From IMG/VR virus record IMGVR_UViG_3300025168_009799, positions 25,750 through 89,749 of that record: DNA of 64,000 bases; one strand, given 5' to 3'. Made by a program: the position numbers and the translations under genes. Under the pieces are notes generated by a model that was given only the letters and a program-made list of their open reading frames with translations, was not told the origin of the DNA and ran no database searches. Of this stretch, positions 47,993-57,651 are shown piece by piece. Each line of letters starts with the position of its first letter. The stretch's first letter is position 1. This DNA is from a virus.

Positions 47993-48730
47993 TTAAAAAT
48001 AATGTTTAGTATTTAGTGTTTCTTCTTCTAAGGTGGGTACACTAAGAACCTCTGAATCCTCTGGTAATTCTGCTCCTAATTTCGCTTCTAATATATTTCT
48101 ACGCACTGACGATTTAAATAATACTTGCCCTACAAATCCTTTTAGGGACTGTTTATGGAAAGCTAATATTCTAGATTTATAAAAATCTGTTAATTTAGAA
48201 TATTGTCCTTTTAAAAAGAGGTTTAACATGTCTTTAAATTTTATAGGAATTTTAAATATAAATACTATATGAGAATCTGTAGGTTTATAAGACTCTACAT
48301 AAGTAGGTAAATTTGCTAATATTCCTTTAAATTTTTTAAAGTCTGCTGTGCTCATATCATGATATAATAAAGTAATATAATAATTACTTTTATGAGGCAC
48401 TTTTATAAATACATTTAATAATAAAGTATCGTAAAAGAATGTCTTTTTAGTTTTACCTAACATAGGCAATATAAATATAGACGCTTTAGTCTTTCTCGCA
48501 GTTTGTAGATCATAATATGTATAAGTATTTTTACTTACTGCTTTAATACTATTTATCTTAAAATTGAGAGAATTTACAATTACTGTATCTCCTAACTTAA
48601 TAAGAGTTTTGTCTCCCAAAGTAAGGCCGGTAATTACACCAGAAATTTGATGAGTTTTTTTAACATTTAAAGCTCTAACTGTTAAAGAGTCTATAGGGAC
48701 TAGATGCATATATTGTTTTTCTATGACCAT
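47993..48730 (-). CDS. Hypothetical protein, crAss-like conserved
   Basis: FILPMLG...FLKGQYSKL...LPEDSEVLSVP; coupled to the exonuclease gene. Confidence 0.55.
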   Translation of the reverse strand: MVIEKQYMHLVPIDSLTVRALNVKKTHQISGVITGLTLGDKTLIKLGDTVIVNSLNFKINSIKAVSKNTYTYYDLQTARKTKASIFILPMLGKTKKTFFYDTLLLNVFIKVPHKSNYYITLLYHDMSTADFKKFKGILANLPTYVESYKPTDSHIVFIFKIPIKFKDMLNLFLKGQYSKLTDFYKSRILAFHKQSLKGFVGQVLFKSSVRRNILEAKLGAELPEDSEVLSVPTLEEETLNTKHYF

Positions 48731-49479
48731 AATTCATCGGTTTTATCTTCTAAATTTATCTCATGAACTGCTAGTTCTGGCAATACTACACCAGTCTCTA
48801 ATAATGCTTCTTCTTTAGTTTTTAGAATATAAACTAATTTAAAAGTCTCTGCAAATCTATGAATTCCTTCGTGAATACCAAACTTTTCTATGTATTTATT
48901 TAATACCATGGCAGGCATATCATCAAATTGAACGTTATTCATAAGCTTTATTGCAGTTTTAGGTCCTAATTTAGGTATTCCTTGAATTCCATCAGTAGGA
49001 TCTCCCATTAACATTTGTTTCCATAAAAATAATCCTGCTTCTGTAGGTGTTGTATGTATCATCTCTGCAGTTCTATAATTAAAATGTTCTCCCTCTACTT
49101 GATGTAAAACATCTTTATCAGGACTACAAATCATAGTATTTCCATTTAAACCTTCACCGTAAATACTTACTAAATCATCTGCTTCTAATTCTGTTATATA
49201 TGTAAAATTCCAGTTCTGCTTTAAATATTCTTTTATTGCAGGGAATATAATTGGTTTATTTCCGTGTTTTCTATTTCCTTTATATTTTTTTGTAGTTGCT
49301 CTGTTATATCTAAAACATTTTCCTACTGTTAAAAATCCAGCATATTTATTCGTCTCGGCTTTCTCTAACATTGTCTGTATTCTATCATCTATTCCTAGTA
49401 AAGCTTCTTCTAAAGTGGGTTTGCCCATTTCAAAATAAATTAGGCTGTCCCCATCTATTAAGACTGTTGTTTTTTTCAT
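48721..49479 (-). CDS. 5'-3' exonuclease (T7 gp6/RNase H-like)
   Basis: LIDGDSL, YKGNR, EADD, DKDV.QV and GDPTDGIQGIPKLGPKTA (H3TH) motifs. Confidence 0.9.
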   Translation of the reverse strand: MKKTTVLIDGDSLIYFEMGKPTLEEALLGIDDRIQTMLEKAETNKYAGFLTVGKCFRYNRATTKKYKGNRKHGNKPIIFPAIKEYLKQNWNFTYITELEADDLVSIYGEGLNGNTMICSPDKDVLHQVEGEHFNYRTAEMIHTTPTEAGLFLWKQMLMGDPTDGIQGIPKLGPKTAIKLMNNVQFDDMPAMVLNKYIEKFGIHEGIHRFAETFKLVYILKTKEEALLETGVVLPELAVHEINLEDKTDELWS

Positions 49480-49500
49480 ATTTTTAAATTTTTAAATTAA

Positions 49501-49526
49501 TATAAGGGGGCGCTAACCCCCTTATA
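49501..49526 (-). terminator. Perfect 10-bp hairpin downstream of rIIB (terminator or processing site)
   Basis: TATAAGGGGG-cgctaa-CCCCCTTATA, followed on the - strand by TTAATTT. Confidence 0.6.
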
Positions 49527-49544
49527 ATACCAATTAAACACTAG

Positions 49545-50711
49545 CTACAGCGCATTCAGCTCTGCAACTTGCCTGTCGCATTCAGCTTTCTTTTCAGATT
49601 TTTCTTGAACCGCTATAGCTCTCATTTCGTCCCACTCTGCATCTGTTTTAGCTGCATAAGTAGAACTGTGGTAAATAGACCCATTCACACCAGCTAAGGA
49701 TGAATGAACAAAATATTGCTTACATCTAATAGCACCATCTTCATCACAAGGTACTGCACCTATATGCATAGGATCTACAAATACATTATGAATCTCACCA
49801 CTATAATAAGCAATGTACTTAAGACCACCAAGATGTAGACCTTTAACACATGATACAGTATCATTAACGTTAACTTGATCCCATTTTTCTAGTCTATGAG
49901 TACATCCAACTTTGATAAAATGTCCTGGATTATTAAAACCATTAGGCCCTTCGCAAAAGAAAGCATCGCCGCTTCCACCCATTATAGCTGGCTCAAACAA
50001 TCTGTCTTCTACATGCTCTGGTAATCCATCGCCTTCTATCTCACCAGTGTCAGGATTGAAAGTACGTTTGTACCTATCAACTTTTTCACCGGTTTCTTGG
50101 TCAAACTTATGAAGCACTTCACTAGAGACTTTGTAACCATTTAGTAATCCCTCATGGGTGATTTTCATTTGGTACATCATTGCTCTTTTGGAAGCTGCTT
50201 CATCAGTAAGACCTTGTTCTACAAGCTCTTCTTTAAACTTTGGATGCTCATACTGCAAGTTCACAAAGTTAAAGAATCTCTCACAGAAATCGTTTCCGTA
50301 ACCTTGCTTCATTTTTCTCCACAAAATTGGGTTACGCAACCATCTAGTCCACATTTTAACTAAAGGCATAAAGTCTATCTCTTTATCAATAGATTCAAAG
50401 ATTCTGTCTACTAACGCTTGAGGCATAGGTATCGTAGATACTACACCTTCGTGTTTAAGAAAGAATTCTCCGGTTCCTTTATTAACGTGAATGTATTCAC
50501 ATTGTGTTTCAATAGTTTTAGTATAATCTACAACACATAAAGGAGCAAATTCTTCCATTACTTCGTTGTATTCTTCTACTGTAGTTACACCTTGAGCCTT
50601 ATGGTCAAGTTGTTTCATTCTTTCGTATAGTTCTTTACTATACTCAACTGTAAAAGCGTTGTCTCCATAGCTTCCACAGATTTTGTCATCAATGACATTG
50701 ATTGTAATCAT
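49545..50711 (-). CDS. rIIB: rIIB-like protein
   Basis: ITHEGLLNGYKV and SCVKGLHLGGLKY...VFVDPMHIGAVP motifs; downstream of an rIIA-like gene. Confidence 0.75.
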   Translation of the reverse strand: MITINVIDDKICGSYGDNAFTVEYSKELYERMKQLDHKAQGVTTVEEYNEVMEEFAPLCVVDYTKTIETQCEYIHVNKGTGEFFLKHEGVVSTIPMPQALVDRIFESIDKEIDFMPLVKMWTRWLRNPILWRKMKQGYGNDFCERFFNFVNLQYEHPKFKEELVEQGLTDEAASKRAMMYQMKITHEGLLNGYKVSSEVLHKFDQETGEKVDRYKRTFNPDTGEIEGDGLPEHVEDRLFEPAIMGGSGDAFFCEGPNGFNNPGHFIKVGCTHRLEKWDQVNVNDTVSCVKGLHLGGLKYIAYYSGEIHNVFVDPMHIGAVPCDEDGAIRCKQYFVHSSLAGVNGSIYHSSTYAAKTDAEWDEMRAIAVQEKSEKKAECDRQVAELNAL

Positions 50712-50729
50712 AATTAAATATTTAATTGG

Positions 50730-51590
50730 TTAAAAAATATACCGTATTTTATTCCACGGTATTTTGGAATTGTGTAAATTTATAAATCTTTTAATAAACT
50801 CAGACTTATGTCCTAGTTTATATCTAATATTCTCTCCCCCATATTGCGAAGTTTTTGTTTCCTGTATTGCAGGCATCCAAAGATCTTCTTCAGTTTCCGG
50901 GTGGGCATTCATATTATCTGTGTGTTTTTTAAAATTGTGCGTTAAAAATATACATTCTGAAAACACTGTCTCTTGGTTTCTTACATAAACATTTAGCAAT
51001 TCAAATAAGTGATTGTAATCATCTAGCCATCCATCATATACAATAATAGGACTAAAATTTACATGTACATCGTATCCTGCTTCTACAAATCTATCAATAG
51101 CTTGTACTCTCTCTAATATAAGAGAAGTATTAGGTTCGTGTAGATTTGCTTTATTTTGAGGCATTAGACTAAATCTAATTCTTATTTTACCGTTAGGGTT
51201 AAATTTAAGTAGATTTTTATTTACATATTTAGTTGCAAAAGAACCCATAGCTATTGGGTGATCTCTAAAGAATTCAAATATTCTTTCCCAATCATGATGT
51301 TTAGCGTGTAATGCAAAATCTTCATTACAGCTTATATCATATGTTGTGAATTCAGGATGTGTTTGATTAGGCTTTTCCACTGGTGTGAAATACGCATGAT
51401 TATTAACCGCAGTTAATATATCACCCGTATTCACAGCAATAGATAATCCCTGATCTTTATGGCGTTTCATATAACAATAAGAGCAATTATATAAACAACC
51501 AAATCCAAAGCTTGGACTTATAAAATCTGTGGACCTACCAGAAGGACGTATTTTAAACGTCTTTCTAGTGTCCTTAGTTATGAGTCCCAA
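50730..51590 (-). CDS. splB: Spore photoproduct lyase-like radical SAM enzyme
   Basis: GCLYNCSYCY (CxxxCxxC plus the two Tyr), YDISCNED (Cys141-equivalent), FATK, IRIRFSL and SQYGGENIRY. Confidence 0.85.
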   Translation of the reverse strand: MGLITKDTRKTFKIRPSGRSTDFISPSFGFGCLYNCSYCYMKRHKDQGLSIAVNTGDILTAVNNHAYFTPVEKPNQTHPEFTTYDISCNEDFALHAKHHDWERIFEFFRDHPIAMGSFATKYVNKNLLKFNPNGKIRIRFSLMPQNKANLHEPNTSLILERVQAIDRFVEAGYDVHVNFSPIIVYDGWLDDYNHLFELLNVYVRNQETVFSECIFLTHNFKKHTDNMNAHPETEEDLWMPAIQETKTSQYGGENIRYKLGHKSEFIKRFINLHNSKIPWNKIRYIF

Positions 51591-54325
51591 ACTTCACGGG
51601 CTTTAGCTCGTAGGTAGATTCTGAGTTCTTTTTCTAAGTTAGGTGGCATATCGCACTCTCTTTTGTTAAGACACTCTAGCTCATCCAGGAGCGGTTTTAC
51701 TTCTTCTGCAAATTCAACTATATTCTCATATTTAGCTAATATATCTAAGTCTGCAGCTCTCGCATTACTAATATCAGACAAGACAAACATTTCTTTCGAC
51801 TTTTCTTGCATTAGTTCTGCATCATCACATTCATTACAAAACTTTTGGAACTCATATAGTTTATCCATGTGTTCAGTTATAGCTGGTGCTACATCTCTCA
51901 CACGTCTATACTCATACTCAGAATAAAAATCATTCCTCATATCTTGTAGCTCACAATAATCTTTTTGTAATTGATCATGTATACATCCTAAACCTTGCAT
52001 AAATTTAAATTGATTTATTTTTTCTAATTTATGTGCGGTATAGTAATTTACTAGTGTTTCATCCATATTATATTCATTATTATTGTTAGTTTGTAAAAAG
52101 AAATCATCAATGTGTTTGACATTAGGGTTTTGTTTAATAAACTTAACCTTATTTTCACTCACACGTATAAATTGAGGCGCGTCCCACCCTTGAACAGGAG
52201 TAGCCCAGCTTTCATACTCTTCTCCACTATATTTCATATAACGAACAGGAGGATTATCAAACCAGAAAACAGGCCAGTTATATTCTTTATCCCAGTTATT
52301 CATAGGCCCATTTGTATATACTTTTTTGTATGAAGGTTGAATATTCTTAAGAAGAAGAGCAGCTTTTTTCATCTTACCTTCATCTTCCTTAGTACAATAA
52401 TAAGTACGATACTTACTATTCATAAGATCAATTGTTTTAGGTTCAATCTTATCCATAGTAAAGGAATCATCTTTTTTATCATCATATCTAATAGTGTAGG
52501 CAACTATTCTCTTTTCTATCTCTCTCCGTTCAGAAGGAGATAAATCAGTAAATTTAGATTTCTCTTCTTCAATAGCTATCTCTTCTTTATGTCGAGTCAA
52601 CCATTCTTCAGGAACTTCAAGCTCATCATAAGATTGGTACCATTCAGATGTTTCAATCAGTTTAACAATAGCATTACGTTTAGCTGTAACTCTAGTTTTT
52701 TGTTTCATGATTTTCTGAATAGCATCAGCATTACCTGAAGCTTTTTTAAGAGCATTATCAAACTTCTCATTTAAATCTTCAATAGTATAAGTAGCAACAT
52801 GATTTTTATGATAAGAGTCTTCTTGGCCTTTATCCATAAGATATATATCTTTGTACTTAGACCATTTACCTTCTCTTTCATAGAAATGCTTAGCATCAAA
52901 ACCGTTCCAATCTTTAATTGGTTCTCTTTTAATACCATCATGGCGATCTTCATAAGGCTTCATAATAGTCAAACCTTCAAATAATTTATTAGCTGGACCA
53001 TACTTAATTCTAGGGTCAGGTTTAAATTTAGGTTTCATATCGTCAGTATTTATAATACGTGATAATTTATTAAGAATTCTGTTCTCACTACTGTTACCAG
53101 TAATAATAGATCTACAAGCATCAACCCACTTAAGAAAGTCAGTTTCTTGTAATTCTTCTTCTATAATGTCACTAGCTTCTTGAGCAGCTGACATGATTAC
53201 ACTTTTAATGTATTTCTTAGTAGCCTCATTCCATATAACTTTCTCACGAGATGGAGTAACATCTACACCGTCTTGTAATACAACTTCTCTACCTTCATTA
53301 TCCATAACAACTTGTCTTGCAGGGCATTTGAATGCAATAGAACCATACATCTGCTCCATTTCTAGCTCACGAAAGTCAATATAACCATAGTTAATACCTG
53401 TAGTAGCATTTTCATCTTTAACAAGTACAATGTGCGGCTTGTTAAAATAGTAAGAATCAGATATTATAAGGTTTTTAGAGTTGTAAATAACTTCAGCTTG
53501 AAACTCAACTTTTCTTTCTTTCTCATACTCATCTTCAGGATCTAGAATTGTAAAGTTAACATTATCAAAGTACATTAACTGCTCTTCAATAGCTTCTTCA
53601 AACTTACTACGATTGTGCTTCTTAACGCCAAATGATACAGTAGTTTGATTAGTAGCCTCAGTAGGAACATAATATACTTTAGACCCATCACTAAATGTAA
53701 CAAAAGGATTCTGTTGTCCAGTCTCTACATTAAATGCAGGTATAATAAAATCAGTCTTGTAGTTAAAACAGTTACATTTAAACCTCATACCATTGTAAAC
53801 AGTTTCTATAGTATAAAAGTCTACACCTGTTGATAGCGCAGCTTTTGCACCAAGACCAAAGGCACCGAAATTTTCACTAGTATTTCTTTTCGTAGAATAA
53901 CCTAGTTCCAATATACCTTCTAAACGTCTTGCTCCAATACCTACTCCAAAATCAGTAACTGCAAATGTATCACAATAACCTACACCCTCATTTTTAGTAT
54001 ACATCAACTCTATCTCAGATGCAACATCTAAATGATCCCTATTATAATAACTTATATCAAAGTTACTATCTTCATATTGAGCACCGTGGCGTTCAATATA
54101 ATAGTCTTCAACTTTCTTTGTCCCCATTAATATTTCTATAGCTATTTCTTTCTCACGTTGAGAGTCACATGCATTTGTAACTAACTCTCTAACTGTAGAT
54201 TGAACAGGCATAGAATACTGTGTGGATTGAAGAATGTCAAATACCATTTTCTCAGCGCCTTTGTTAATTTTCTTAGCTATGCCGGCGCTGCCCTGCATAG
54301 GTTTATCAATTGTTTTAATACTCAT
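51578..54325 (-). CDS. rIIA: rIIA-like GHKL ATPase protein
   Basis: VRELVTNACDS, DFGVGI, STKR...GAFGLGAK and VTPSREK motifs. Confidence 0.8.
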   Translation of the reverse strand: MSIKTIDKPMQGSAGIAKKINKGAEKMVFDILQSTQYSMPVQSTVRELVTNACDSQREKEIAIEILMGTKKVEDYYIERHGAQYEDSNFDISYYNRDHLDVASEIELMYTKNEGVGYCDTFAVTDFGVGIGARRLEGILELGYSTKRNTSENFGAFGLGAKAALSTGVDFYTIETVYNGMRFKCNCFNYKTDFIIPAFNVETGQQNPFVTFSDGSKVYYVPTEATNQTTVSFGVKKHNRSKFEEAIEEQLMYFDNVNFTILDPEDEYEKERKVEFQAEVIYNSKNLIISDSYYFNKPHIVLVKDENATTGINYGYIDFRELEMEQMYGSIAFKCPARQVVMDNEGREVVLQDGVDVTPSREKVIWNEATKKYIKSVIMSAAQEASDIIEEELQETDFLKWVDACRSIITGNSSENRILNKLSRIINTDDMKPKFKPDPRIKYGPANKLFEGLTIMKPYEDRHDGIKREPIKDWNGFDAKHFYEREGKWSKYKDIYLMDKGQEDSYHKNHVATYTIEDLNEKFDNALKKASGNADAIQKIMKQKTRVTAKRNAIVKLIETSEWYQSYDELEVPEEWLTRHKEEIAIEEEKSKFTDLSPSERREIEKRIVAYTIRYDDKKDDSFTMDKIEPKTIDLMNSKYRTYYCTKEDEGKMKKAALLLKNIQPSYKKVYTNGPMNNWDKEYNWPVFWFDNPPVRYMKYSGEEYESWATPVQGWDAPQFIRVSENKVKFIKQNPNVKHIDDFFLQTNNNNEYNMDETLVNYYTAHKLEKINQFKFMQGLGCIHDQLQKDYCELQDMRNDFYSEYEYRRVRDVAPAITEHMDKLYEFQKFCNECDDAELMQEKSKEMFVLSDISNARAADLDILAKYENIVEFAEEVKPLLDELECLNKRECDMPPNLEKELRIYLRAKAREVWDS

Positions 54326-54713
54326 ATCCTTTTATAGTGTTAATTAGTTTTATAAATTTAATTTGGTTTTTTGTTAAAAATTTTTTTGGAAATGTAAAAT
54401 ATCGTTCTTCTGCATTTGCATTAATTACATTTACGTCAAAATGTCTAGATTTAGCTCCATGTTTTTTTAACTCCCCCATTGTTGTCTTCCATTGCTCATC
54501 AGACGCTGCTTGAGGATCATCTTCTTGCCTATGCCAGTAATGATTTTTATTCCAATCAGGAATATATAAATGTTGTGATCTGTATCCGTTGCTAGAACTG
54601 TCCCCATTCCATGAAAGAAATATTACAGGACAGCTGTGTTGGCCATTTAAGTATAATACAAGATCCCCTTCTTTTAGAGACTGTACCCAGTCTTGATAGT
54701 TAGGACTATTCAT
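54315..54713 (-). CDS. Hypothetical protein
   Basis: 132-aa ORF overlapping both neighbours. Confidence 0.55.
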   Translation of the reverse strand: MNSPNYQDWVQSLKEGDLVLYLNGQHSCPVIFLSWNGDSSSNGYRSQHLYIPDWNKNHYWHRQEDDPQAASDEQWKTTMGELKKHGAKSRHFDVNVINANAEERYFTFPKKFLTKNQIKFIKLINTIKGYEY

Positions 54714-54925
54714 CGGTCCAATCTTTCTTCGTCCATTTTATCTTCAAGATATGCATCTCTACTTTTTTGGTCGTATTCATAATCTTCCATAGGTTCACAA
54801 TGTTCTTTGCAGTCATAACAAAGACCTTGGTCTTCATCCATTCTTGCTCCGCAACAATCGCTTACTACAGTGTATCCATATCCATCATCAATAGGATTGG
54901 ATAACTTCCAGTTATCATAATTCAT
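54710..54925 (-). CDS. Small Zn-ribbon-like protein
   Basis: SDCCGA...LCYDCKEHC motif. Confidence 0.6.
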   Translation of the reverse strand: MNYDNWKLSNPIDDGYGYTVVSDCCGARMDEDQGLCYDCKEHCEPMEDYEYDQKSRDAYLEDKMDEERLDR

Positions 54926-54958
54926 AATTTTTTGTTTAATTGGTTAATAAAAAAGGAA

Positions 54959-55046
54959 AGAAAGGAGGAATTGTAATAGTTTCACAAAGTATAACCGCTG
55001 AGTTATATTGGGCAATAGCGCCCTTTAAATTACTAACCTCCTTTCT
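54959..55046 (-). ncRNA. Candidate structured intergenic RNA (multi-stem junction)
   Basis: Outer 10-bp stem AGAAAGGAGG/CCTCCTTTCT, then GTAAT/ATTAC, enclosing hairpins TATAAC-6nt-GTTATA and GGGC-6nt-GCCC, in the longest non-coding gap of the replication region. Confidence 0.5.
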
Positions 55047-55081
55047 AACCTATGATTGTTAAATTACAAGAAAGAGAATTC

Positions 55082-55516
55082 TTATAATTGTTTGATAAGT
55101 TCAACAACTTCATCTACTTGCTTTTTATTTCTTGGCATAAAAAGCACATATTGTTGTTTTGTATCTTTAAGATGTTTTTTAAACAACTTCCACCTTAAAG
55201 GGAAAGACTCATTTGCATAGCCTTTAGTTTCTATAATAAATTTACCTTTAGGATCTACAAAATCAGGCGTATAAGTAATTGGTCTTATCTTACTGCCTTT
55301 ATTGTATAATTTTCTAACGGTTCCTTCATAACATGCTTGAGGATACACTAAACCATCAAAAATAGTATATGTATCTTCTTCATATTTAATATCTATTTCA
55401 GCTTTTTCAAGTTCTTTATAACAATAAAGTTCTAATCTAGATTGAAATGTAATACCTTTATATGTAGATTTTTTAGCATTCTTAACTTTCTGAGATCTTT
55501 TCTTATATTTTGTCAT
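55082..55516 (-). CDS. PD-(D/E)xK endonuclease (T7 endonuclease I/DUF1064-like)
   Basis: FQSRLE...YE...YTPDF...IIETKG motifs. Confidence 0.8.
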   Translation of the reverse strand: MTKYKKRSQKVKNAKKSTYKGITFQSRLELYCYKELEKAEIDIKYEEDTYTIFDGLVYPQACYEGTVRKLYNKGSKIRPITYTPDFVDPKGKFIIETKGYANESFPLRWKLFKKHLKDTKQQYVLFMPRNKKQVDEVVELIKQL

Positions 55517-56663
55517 AATTCATAATATTAGTTTGTAAATAACCTTCTAATCCTCTGTTCTTGTTCCAAATATAAGCTTGTCCACATCGTAATGTGCCAA
55601 CATAACCTTGGGTTTTATGCCAAGCATCGTTTGCACATATACTAGGTATAAATCTAACTTTAGTTCCCATATACTCGTTAAGCATTTCTTTATGTTTATG
55701 TCCACAATGTACTTCCCTAACTCTACATCTACTCCACATTTCTGGTTGTTCTGTAGCAATTAGCAAAGGTAGCTCTTGAGGTTTTTCTTTATCCCCGTGT
55801 GTAAACATAATCATATTAGTTCCATACTCGTAATATTTTCTAGAGTCTAAACTATTATCTATATGCACATTTTTATTCTTATGGTATAAAGCATCTAAAA
55901 CTTCGCCTACATAAAACATTCTTTCAAAGTCATGATTACCTTGTATTACTACAACATCTACTGGTGCAAACCCTGATAAATAATCTATAGCTTTAGTAAC
56001 TAAATGCCAATAACCTCTAAAAGATTGACGCCAACGCATACTATCTTGTTGAGGTGTGCCTTTAGTTGTAGCTCTACTCATACCTTCTGAATTAAGCCCG
56101 TCATTACCTACAGGTAAAAGAAACCTTTCAATTTCTAATCCATCAGCTTTTCTATGTAAATCTTGAATAGCTTTTATATAGTTTATTTCTAAAGTTTTTG
56201 AAGGCTCATCAGTTATTTTACCGTAATGTATATCTGGTAAAGATATTTCATAGCAAATAGGGTCTTTTGGTTTTTTGTATTTAATTTTTGGAACTTTAAT
56301 AGATCTAGCTTTTATATAATTTAATAACTCATCTTTAACTTGAGGCTGTTCGTGCCATTGGTTATGTGTTACTATACTATATCTTTGCTCACCCATCATG
56401 TTTTGCCAAAATTTAACTGACTTAACATCTGCCATAGTTAATCCATTGTCGAGTAAATGCTTAGAAAATGCCTGACTTTGACTTAAGTCGTGACCATTGT
56501 CATTGTTCATTCTTTCTTGTACCCACTCTTCAGAAGTTACAAGTTTCTTACAATCTCTAATAATTGCTATGTCTACGTCCCATTTATCTGCTAACCATTC
56601 TGCTCCTTTTTTTAAAAATCCTTTCTTTGTTCTTAGTTTCTCAATAATTTCGTCTCTGTTCAT
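55503..56663 (-). CDS. Calcineurin-like metallophosphoesterase
   Basis: DIHYG, GND, GNHD, HGD and GHKH motifs. Confidence 0.85.
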   Translation of the reverse strand: MNRDEIIEKLRTKKGFLKKGAEWLADKWDVDIAIIRDCKKLVTSEEWVQERMNNDNGHDLSQSQAFSKHLLDNGLTMADVKSVKFWQNMMGEQRYSIVTHNQWHEQPQVKDELLNYIKARSIKVPKIKYKKPKDPICYEISLPDIHYGKITDEPSKTLEINYIKAIQDLHRKADGLEIERFLLPVGNDGLNSEGMSRATTKGTPQQDSMRWRQSFRGYWHLVTKAIDYLSGFAPVDVVVIQGNHDFERMFYVGEVLDALYHKNKNVHIDNSLDSRKYYEYGTNMIMFTHGDKEKPQELPLLIATEQPEMWSRCRVREVHCGHKHKEMLNEYMGTKVRFIPSICANDAWHKTQGYVGTLRCGQAYIWNKNRGLEGYLQTNIMNYDKI

Positions 56664-57651
56664 TTAATATGTTTTTAAGTTCATTAAAATTGCCTTCTCT
56701 GCTAATTAAATCTGATGGATCTTTAGATTCTAGTTCGCTAGGGATGCAAATGTTATTAAACCCATATAAGTCACATAGTTGAGTAGCTACTCGTTGTCCA
56801 GGATTATCTGCTTTATGAAAATCGTTGTCATATAAAACATCTATTGTATTAAATCTGTTTTTTAGCTCACTTATTAAAGCCTCATGTGGTATTTGCATTT
56901 CGCTTTGCATTGCAATAGCATTGTAACCTGCTGCATATAAACACATGACATCTTTAAGTGAAGAAGTAATGATAAGTTTCTCACCTTTTTTCGGGAGTTG
57001 GTTGTACCCTTGTACATCCGTTTTCTTTGTATTACTTAACCATTTATTTTCTTCTTCGTAAGGAGAATAGATTTTATATCGACTATTAAATTTAAAAGCG
57101 TATGTTACTGAATTACACGTAAATCTACTATTATTCACCCAAAAATGACTTATTGGTTCGACGGCAAACATACTAAGTATTTTTTTACTAACCAAATATT
57201 TAGACCAAAACTTCGCATCGTCTTTATTCCAAAGTCGCTTTTTCTTTTGTATTAATACTGGGGGTTTTGTAAATTTAGGAGTTTTTTGAGTATGTCCCAT
57301 ATAACCCATAGTAAAGTTAATAACGTCTTGTTTCACTGAATGTAATCCTAATTTAAAATCACAATCTATAATTCGCAAACAATCAAAAAAAGAACAATTG
57401 TATTTAAACCGAACATAATTAAAACAGTCAAACGTATGTTCAGTATTTCCAAAATCTTTATATAATAATTTACCGTTATAAGGTATTATAGAAACTGTAG
57501 GACTTTTATCTTGTCGAATATCACTTTTGAATTTCTTTCCTAATTCATTAAAACTATTACAATAATACATAAAAATGTCATACTCAGTAATTTTACTAAG
57601 TATGACATCTGTATGTAAGTGATCTTCACTTTTCCTACTTTGAATTGCCAT
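56641..57651 (-). CDS. DNA primase (crAss-like TOPRIM)
   Basis: SDIRQDKSPT...YKDFG N-terminus; LIITSSLKDVM, YDND and KDPSD TOPRIM motifs. Confidence 0.85.
   Translation of the reverse strand: MAIQSRKSEDHLHTDVILSKITEYDIFMYYCNSFNELGKKFKSDIRQDKSPTVSIIPYNGKLLYKDFGNTEHTFDCFNYVRFKYNCSFFDCLRIIDCDFKLGLHSVKQDVINFTMGYMGHTQKTPKFTKPPVLIQKKKRLWNKDDAKFWSKYLVSKKILSMFAVEPISHFWVNNSRFTCNSVTYAFKFNSRYKIYSPYEEENKWLSNTKKTDVQGYNQLPKKGEKLIITSSLKDVMCLYAAGYNAIAMQSEMQIPHEALISELKNRFNTIDVLYDNDFHKADNPGQRVATQLCDLYGFNNICIPSELESKDPSDLISREGNFNELKNILNEQRRNY

Noticed and set aside
54985-55015. tRNA-like 5' end (TAACTCAGCGGTT on the - strand)
   Set aside because: No D-stem partner, anticodon arm or TTC T-loop follows; treated as part of the structured element instead.
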